Part shown: positions 39,660 to 45,415 of the stretch, piece by piece | Layout: each line of letters begins with the position of its first letter | Position numbering within the stretch: position 1 is the first letter of the stretch | The notes under the pieces: generated by a model | Database searches by the model: none | Seen by the model: the letters and a program-made list of their open reading frames with translations, nothing else | Told to the model about the DNA's origin: nothing | Translations under genes and position numbers: made by a program | Source of the DNA: a virus | Taxonomy: Duplodnaviria; Caudoviricetes | Direction: 5' to 3' (one strand) | DNA length: 45,415 bases | IMG/VR virus record: IMGVR_UViG_3300021961_000169 | Location: 1-45,415 of that record

Positions 39660-40535
39660 ATGATTAAATTAAAGAAATTATTGACAGAGGGCGGGAATAT
39701 GTTTCCCGATGCCGTGGGGATTAAACAAAATGAGATACCGGCAACTGTCTCAAAAATTGAGACAACTGTTTTGAAACCACTCGGTCTTATTGGTTTTGGA
39801 ACAGACTGTTTCATACTCGGTAGTGCAGGGAAGAAACCCACAGACGAATTATCGGGTGATTTGGACATTGGTGTTTCAATGGATCAATTGGCATCCGCAA
39901 ATGGTTTGAAATTAAGTGATGTATTGGATTGGTTGATAAAAGAATTAGAAAAGATGGGTTATGATGCAAAGCCACTTCGTGGGTTCTCACAAGTTTCAAT
40001 TCCGTTTCCAATAGTAGGCAGAGTTACCGAAGAATCTGTGCAAGTTGATTTCATGTTATCCAACAATGTTAATTGGACACAGTTTGTATATTCCTCTCCG
40101 GATTATTCAAAGGGTGAGTCCAAATATAAATCTGCATATAGAAACTTTTTATTGGCTGCAGTTGTTTCTGCAGTTGATTACAAAGTGTTAAAGAAAACCG
40201 ATAAAGATGTTCCGATTGAAGTCGAGAAGTATGTTATGAGACATGATAGAGGAATTTATAGATTGACAAAAAGTTATGCGGGAAAAGGTGGAAGTATTAT
40301 TAAAGCTGGTAAAACTATTGCGGGTAGTGAGAGTTTTGTAACACAGACTCCGGAAGAAATGATAAAATTCTTTTTGGGAGACCAATACACTACTGCAGAT
40401 GCGGCATCATTTGAAAAATTGTATGATGTTGTATTTAATAAACCAAGTAAAGTTTCAGGAATGCGAGATACAATTCGCAAGTTTTTTATACAAAGTATAA
40501 CCGATGCAAAATTACCCATACCGGAAATAATGTAG
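39660..40535 (+). CDS. Pol-beta superfamily nucleotidyltransferase-like protein
   Basis: ILGSAGKK...SGDLDIGV (GS...DxD) and third carboxylate in VQVDFM; MIKLKKLLTE-GGN leader. Confidence 0.72.
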   Translation: MIKLKKLLTEGGNMFPDAVGIKQNEIPATVSKIETTVLKPLGLIGFGTDCFILGSAGKKPTDELSGDLDIGVSMDQLASANGLKLSDVLDWLIKELEKMGYDAKPLRGFSQVSIPFPIVGRVTEESVQVDFMLSNNVNWTQFVYSSPDYSKGESKYKSAYRNFLLAAVVSAVDYKVLKKTDKDVPIEVEKYVMRHDRGIYRLTKSYAGKGGSIIKAGKTIAGSESFVTQTPEEMIKFFLGDQYTTADAASFEKLYDVVFNKPSKVSGMRDTIRKFFIQSITDAKLPIPEIM

Positions 40536-40558
40536 GTTATATCACACAGGAGGTTTTT

Positions 40559-40744
40559 ATGTCAAAGCAAGAAATCTATGCGGAACTAACAAACTTATTC
40601 AATGAGTTTACAGTTGCACATAATTCAACAAAAAAGAAAGATGCGGCTATTGCTCGTAAAGCAGCAAGTGCAATTAAGAAATTGATTACACCGTATAATC
40701 AAGCATCTGTTGCTGAAGCAAAAGCAGCTAAATCATCTAATTAA
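40559..40744 (+). CDS. Histone H1-like Hc1-family small basic protein
   Basis: 61 aa with AGGAGG SD; KKDAAIARKAASAIKKLITPYNQASV resembles the K-AG-RARK---EL-KL---FRK-SV pattern. Confidence 0.65.
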   Translation: MSKQEIYAELTNLFNEFTVAHNSTKKKDAAIARKAASAIKKLITPYNQASVAEAKAAKSSN

Positions 40745-40774
40745 CTTTTTTATTTTAATTATTTGGAGGTTATT

Positions 40775-41170
40775 ATGGTAACGCTAAATTCTATTCTTCG
40801 TAGAGACAATTTATGGGATGACGTTGTAAATCAATTGTCAAAGACGAATTTTGATTTGCCTCGTTTTAATACTCAAACATTAGTTAAAGACGTGGATGGA
40901 GTTCGTAACATTTATGCGGAAGTTCCTGGATGTGCAAAAGAGGATATTAACATTACGGTAAAAAATAATATCCTTAATGTAACAGGTAACAGAAAGGTTG
41001 CAAACATCTTCGGTGAAAAAATTATCGAATTTAGATTTGAATTACCAAACGGTAAAATCAAATACGATTTGAAAGGAATTACTGCTAGTGTTGAGAATGG
41101 TATTCTTCATATTCAAGTTCCGTATGAAAAACCAACGGAACCAGAAGAAATTACAATCAAAGTAAAATAA
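40775..41170 (+). CDS. Small heat shock protein (Hsp20/alpha-crystallin)
   Basis: AEVPGCAKEDINITVKNNILNVTG...FELP...ITASVENGILHIQVP; ATG 40775 follows GGAGGT. Confidence 0.9.
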   Translation: MVTLNSILRRDNLWDDVVNQLSKTNFDLPRFNTQTLVKDVDGVRNIYAEVPGCAKEDINITVKNNILNVTGNRKVANIFGEKIIEFRFELPNGKIKYDLKGITASVENGILHIQVPYEKPTEPEEITIKVK

Positions 41171-41187
41171 GATTAGATGTTCAAATT

Positions 41188-41219
41188 AAGGGTGGTGGAA
41201 ACATCACCCTTTTTTATTT
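41188..41219 (+). terminator. Rho-independent terminator
   Basis: AAGGGTGGTG-gaaa-CATCACCCTT followed by TTTTATTT. Confidence 0.85.
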
Positions 41220-41280
41220 ATCCCATATTTATAGTTACAGAAGTATTTTTCACACAAAGGCAACTACATGGGATGGCGTA

Positions 41281-41484
41281 ATGTCAAAACGAAACTCAAA
41301 ACAATTAAAAGATGTGTTGGCAAAAGTATGTTTAGTTCTTGGGACATTTTTCAATCCGCTTGGGTTCGATGCGGCTTTTGCTTTAGTGACAAAACTTACC
41401 GAGAGTTACATCGTTACCGATATTATATTTTATTCGGTAGCGCTGTTATTTTTTGGACTTTATTTCATATTATCCCGTAAATAA
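41281..41484 (+). CDS. Small membrane protein
   Basis: 67 aa with two to three hydrophobic segments and basic termini; downstream of ATATTTATA at 41225. Confidence 0.6.
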   Translation: MSKRNSKQLKDVLAKVCLVLGTFFNPLGFDAAFALVTKLTESYIVTDIIFYSVALLFFGLYFILSRK

Positions 41485-41499
41485 ACTTTGGAGTTTGTA

Positions 41500-41823
41500 A
41501 TGAAATCTTTGAAATTAAAAAGTCTCTTATTGAAAGAAGAAGATGAAGGACTTGGACAAAAAGTAAAAACTGCTATAAAGAAAATTGAAAAAGCAGTTGA
41601 AGAAAAGGGTGATGATACACAGGCACTTATTGAACTTGCTAAATTGGTTGGTGAGAAGAAATGTGTTACTAAATTGGAAGCAATAAAAGAAATAGAGAAG
41701 GCAGAAGAAGGAACACCATATTTTATTGAACAATATAAAAAAGAAGTGGAAAAGGGTTTGATGGATATGGTAAAAGAAAAATTTGACGCAAAAGAATATG
41801 GTGCAGTCATTGCATCAATTTAA
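41500..41823 (+). CDS. Charged hypothetical protein with MKSLKLKSLLLKEE leader
   Basis: ATG 41500 follows GGAG at 41490. Confidence 0.68.
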   Translation: MKSLKLKSLLLKEEDEGLGQKVKTAIKKIEKAVEEKGDDTQALIELAKLVGEKKCVTKLEAIKEIEKAEEGTPYFIEQYKKEVEKGLMDMVKEKFDAKEYGAVIASI

Positions 41824-41857
41824 TAGATAACAATTGTTACATAAATAAGTTATTATC

Positions 41858-44800
41858 ATGGCAGATCAATACATATCGCCTCAAATAGGTGATAGTCCAT
41901 TTACATACCGACCAGTTCCCGATACATTAAATCAGGTAGACAGTCGCGAATTGCCTTTTTATGTTCTCAAACCAAATGTTCCAGTTAGTAATTTTGGTGA
42001 TAACGGAACAGAAGGTGCAAAATTAAATATTATTCCAGAGAATGACAATTATTTAAAACAACCAATGCCAATATATTTGGCATCATCGTTCACGGAAGAA
42101 GTAAAAATAGAAGGAAAAACAAAAAGGTGGATTAGATCTGGTACAAAAGTAAAACCTGCTGATGATTATTTTAAGGATAATGGTGCTTTACCAGAATATG
42201 AATATGAGGGCGGTGAATTTTCAGAAATAACCTATGCATTTGATAGAGTAAGACTTGTTCCAGCAGTTGACTCAACTGGTGCGAGACAAAGGGTTAGAGT
42301 TGGCGAGCGAATAATAAATGGTGCATGGAATTTGGTTGCAGATTTACATGGGAAATTTACAAGATATATTCAATTTCCAGAGAAACCATTAGTTTCAGAT
42401 GCAACTTTAGATCCAAGTAGTCCTTTTTACAATGAAGATATTGCAAATGATGTTTATAGACCATTTGAACAAATACTAACCGGAATAGTTCAAAAAGATG
42501 TTGTCCTTGCAACTTCAAAATTAATTTATAGAACTAGAAAATGCCCACAAACTGCAGGAAAACCTGATGGTATTGATTATGAATGGTACTTTGAAGTAGA
42601 TGATATAGAATTATTAGCAAACTTAACAATTAAACAACAATCATCAAGACCTGGAACTGTTCCAATTTTAGATGATTTTGGTGACGAAATTGGAACCGAA
42701 GGAATATTGGTATCTCTTGCAGATAGAATACGTAATCAAGTTTCTATCGGCGATGATACATCAAGAGTAGTATTCACACCAGATGGAAAATTGGAGTCAC
42801 ATAAGAGACCGATAGCACAACACGTTGTTTGGGCAAATCATAAAAGAAAGTTAGCATATATTGGCGAAGAACAATCCGTTAAGAAAGATGGAACACCATC
42901 GCCGGTAACAACACTTTTCTTGGAACCACCACTTGGATTTTATGGACAAGATAATGATTTTAGCGTTGAAACTGATGCAGAAGCAAATATGTTTAGATTT
43001 GCTAGTGTCACTTTGGATAAACTATACATATATTATGGATTATCAACTCCGCCTGCAAGGGGCAATGATAATATACTTGTTGCACGAACAGTTGTACTTG
43101 ATGAAAATTCTGATGATGAAAAACTAGATACCAATTGGTTAAATTTTGACACACCTCCGGCAGGAAAAGATAATTTTCAAAATAATGATAAAGGTTTACT
43201 TGATTTTTTTGGAATGTATGTTAAATTTATAGATTGGGAATGGATACCAGAATGGGGTAGTCCAAGTTTTGCATATCAAGCTGAAAAATATTGGGTAGAT
43301 AATCCAGACGGATCACGGTCAGGACCTTTTTATAGAACATCTAGATACCAAGATGAGGCATTCAAGTCTGGAAATATTTCAATTGTTAATAGTTCTACAA
43401 CTACTGCGGCAACTTCTCTAGCAGGAGGATTGGTAAATGCATCAACTGCAGCAGTTATTCCACCTGCAAATGCATTTTATAGACCTACCGAATGGGTTAA
43501 ACCACTTGATGCAACACAAGTAGCAAAAGGTATGGTTCTTTGGTATGGTGGTAATTGGGATCAAAACAGATTTGGTCAAATTCCACCTGGACAAAGAACT
43601 GGTCCTGGTGGATTTTATTTTACTCCATGGATATGTATAAAAAATGTTTATCCTGGAAGCAGAACTTTATGGGTTAATCCATATACAGTTTTAGAAAATG
43701 GAACAGGTTATCCACCAAATTACACAGGACCAAAAGATTTAGCAGTTGGTACTCAATTAGATAAACACGGTAATATATTAAAACCAATACCAAATTATTT
43801 TTTAGGAAATAGACGTTCACTCGGATTTGTTACCGATAAAGCTATTCTCGCCGGTTCATCAGGATGTCCTCCGCTTTCTTTTGATAGAAAAGATATGTGG
43901 ATAGAAACATCAAAAGGATTGGTTCTTGCTCCAACGTTTAGATTTGGAACAACTGGATTTGCAAACGATGCTTATGCTAGCATACGTGCTTATTTAGAAA
44001 TAGAAAACCAAAGAGCAAGAAATATGATGAATGGAAATACAATTGGTGGTTTCCACTCGTTAAATCCTGCATACATAATTCCTACCGATAATTACGATGA
44101 TGATAGGAAGTTTTTTGTTCCCTATGGACCAAATCCTCAATTTGCAAATTATTTTTTCAGAGACATACGATTTGTTCCAACATATGATATAGAAAGAGAT
44201 TCACGTGGGAGGATAAAAAATAGGACTAGAACCATTGCTGAGGTAAATAATAGAATAATTCCTGGACCTTGGAACTTGATAGCAGATTTGTATATGTACA
44301 TACCAACGTATAGAGATTTATTAAATCCATCTTTTGGCACAATAAGACAATTTGTTGGTATTCTTTATCCAGATTATGTTTTCGCAAAAGGTCAATTGGT
44401 AACTAGTATCAATCAAGATTGTGAAGATTTATTTGATTGGAACTCTGTAAAATATGAATATAGATTTAGTGTAAGTGAAATAAATTCCTTATTACCGTTG
44501 AGTCAAGGTTATGCTCATCATGCAAATAATATACGGTCTGCTCTTACTGGTGCTGATAGAAATAAAAGATATAAAATGGGCTTACCTGGTTTAAAACCTG
44601 GTGATCCTGTAATACTGGATAGACAGAAAGATTATGAACTTTCCTTTACCAATGGTGAGACTAGAATAAGTTTGATTAATCATATACTAAAACAAAATGC
44701 ATATGAAGAAATGAATAATAGACATTGGCAACCATATAGACAAGAAAATGAAAAATACTGGAGTTATTCTTTTGGCAATCTTCCCGTATTGATTGACCAA

Positions 44801-45415
44801 GAACCAAAGGGTGTTTTTGGTAAACTGGTTCTTAAAGATGCAGTTAGTAAATATGTTGTTCCCTACGATATAACCCTTTTTAAAAACAAAGTAATAGGTG
44901 AAACTCCTTGTACACAAAGTTCATATAAATGGGATTTCCGTGAGGAATACCCCAAAGGACCTGATACCGATTTGGCATCGGATGTTAAACCCGAATATGT
45001 AAACTGTGAAGATGCAGTTTGGATTCCATATAGTAGCAACCCATTCATTGAACCAAAAGAATTTGTTGATCCATCATTTCAAGGAGAAGGAGCAACTACT
45101 GAAAATTCTCCTATAATAATTGGGTTTGTTCCAAAGATAACAAAAATAAAGAACGAGGAATTATCGGAAACGATAAGAACAAGAGATCCTCTATCACCTT
45201 GTTATCAAGGATTCAAAACAGTTTATGATATTACTGAATATTATGAAGTGACTCATAGTAAAGAGTGTTGGACAGATGCATCACCTTTGGATGAAGGACA
45301 ACCTAATGTTATATTTGATGGTTTTAGCTACAAACGTTACAACGGATTTTTTAGTGGAAGTATAGAGTATGTTACTACCACACAAACTGTTTGGGAAAAA
45401 CCTGAAAGAATAATG
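41858..45415 (+). CDS. Large hypothetical protein (>1,186 aa, 3'-truncated), likely virion-associated
   Basis: ATG 41858 (MADQYISPQIGDSPFTYRPVP...). The frame reads open at the start, middle and end (...TVWEKPERIM); absence from the ORF track fits having no stop in the window. Confidence 0.85.
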   Translation, partial: MADQYISPQIGDSPFTYRPVPDTLNQVDSRELPFYVLKPNVPVSNFGDNGTEGAKLNIIPENDNYLKQPMPIYLASSFTEEVKIEGKTKRWIRSGTKVKPADDYFKDNGALPEYEYEGGEFSEITYAFDRVRLVPAVDSTGARQRVRVGERIINGAWNLVADLHGKFTRYIQFPEKPLVSDATLDPSSPFYNEDIANDVYRPFEQILTGIVQKDVVLATSKLIYRTRKCPQTAGKPDGIDYEWYFEVDDIELLANLTIKQQSSRPGTVPILDDFGDEIGTEGILVSLADRIRNQVSIGDDTSRVVFTPDGKLESHKRPIAQHVVWANHKRKLAYIGEEQSVKKDGTPSPVTTLFLEPPLGFYGQDNDFSVETDAEANMFRFASVTLDKLYIYYGLSTPPARGNDNILVARTVVLDENSDDEKLDTNWLNFDTPPAGKDNFQNNDKGLLDFFGMYVKFIDWEWIPEWGSPSFAYQAEKYWVDNPDGSRSGPFYRTSRYQDEAFKSGNISIVNSSTTTAATSLAGGLVNASTAAVIPPANAFYRPTEWVKPLDATQVAKGMVLWYGGNWDQNRFGQIPPGQRTGPGGFYFTPWICIKNVYPGSRTLWVNPYTVLENGTGYPPNYTGPKDLAVGTQLDKHGNILKPIPNYFLGNRRSLGFVTDKAILAGSSGCPPLSFDRKDMWIETSKGLVLAPTFRFGTTGFANDAYASIRAYLEIENQRARNMMNGNTIGGFHSLNPAYIIPTDNYDDDRKFFVPYGPNPQFANYFFRDIRFVPTYDIERDSRGRIKNRTRTIAEVNNRIIPGPWNLIADLYMYIPTYRDLLNPSFGTIRQFVGILYPDYVFAKGQLVTSINQDCEDLFDWNSVKYEYRFSVSEINSLLPLSQGYAHHANNIRSALTGADRNKRYKMGLPGLKPGDPVILDRQKDYELSFTNGETRISLINHILKQNAYEEMNNRHWQPYRQENEKYWSYSFGNLPVLIDQEPKGVFGKLVLKDAVSKYVVPYDITLFKNKVIGETPCTQSSYKWDFREEYPKGPDTDLASDVKPEYVNCEDAVWIPYSSNPFIEPKEFVDPSFQGEGATTENSPIIIGFVPKITKIKNEELSETIRTRDPLSPCYQGFKTVYDITEYYEVTHSKECWTDASPLDEGQPNVIFDGFSYKRYNGFFSGSIEYVTTTQTVWEKPERIM

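Noticed and set aside
1007-45048. Minus-strand and nested short ORFs in the ORF track (e.g. 15380..16003, 12024..12563, 34942..35391)
   Set aside because: They lie opposite or inside well-supported + strand genes and show no recognisable motifs; treated as shadow ORFs.
1-45415. Stop-codon reassignment, as in some large phages
   Set aside because: Genes tile densely in the standard code, and TAA, TGA and TAG all end genes at sensible positions.
1-45415. tRNA genes, introns, inteins, integrase or transposase
   Set aside because: Intergenic gaps are short with no cloverleaf seen; RecA, helicase and NrdJ are of ordinary length and uninterrupted; no recombinase or transposase motifs noticed.

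Overview
A 45.4-kb, AT-rich, gene-dense piece of a large lytic myophage genome with distantly T4-related structural genes. All credible genes are on the + strand and read in the standard code. In order: gp23-type major capsid protein (5'-truncated), a putative membrane/internal head protein, a membrane-anchored GAF-like protein, PhoH, neck and tail-terminator proteins, tail sheath, tail tube, a tail assembly chaperone with a probable +1/-2 frameshift, tape measure protein, a 2,976-aa baseplate-region protein with about 19 copies of a 44-aa repeat, and LysM/gp53-like and hub-like proteins. A replication/metabolism block follows: a thumb-less mini family-A polymerase, gp32-like SSB, RecA/UvsX, 5'-3' exonuclease, DnaB/gp41 helicase, an ATE/Bpt-like transferase, monomeric class II RNR, a nucleotidyltransferase, Hc1-like protein and Hsp20. 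A >1,186-aa ORF missing from the ORF track runs off the 3' end. The most interesting signals are: (1) a shared N-terminal 'K-L-x-x-L-L-x-E' leader on seven unrelated proteins, including three probable enzymes, suggesting a capsid-packaged payload; (2) an ATATTTATA motif in most intergenic gaps, a probable late promoter whose core is the reverse complement of T4's TATAAATA; (3) the loop-variable giant repeat protein; (4) the altered mini-PolA; (5) the SD-flanked frameshift site. All product calls come from motif recognition by eye and gene order; no database search was run.
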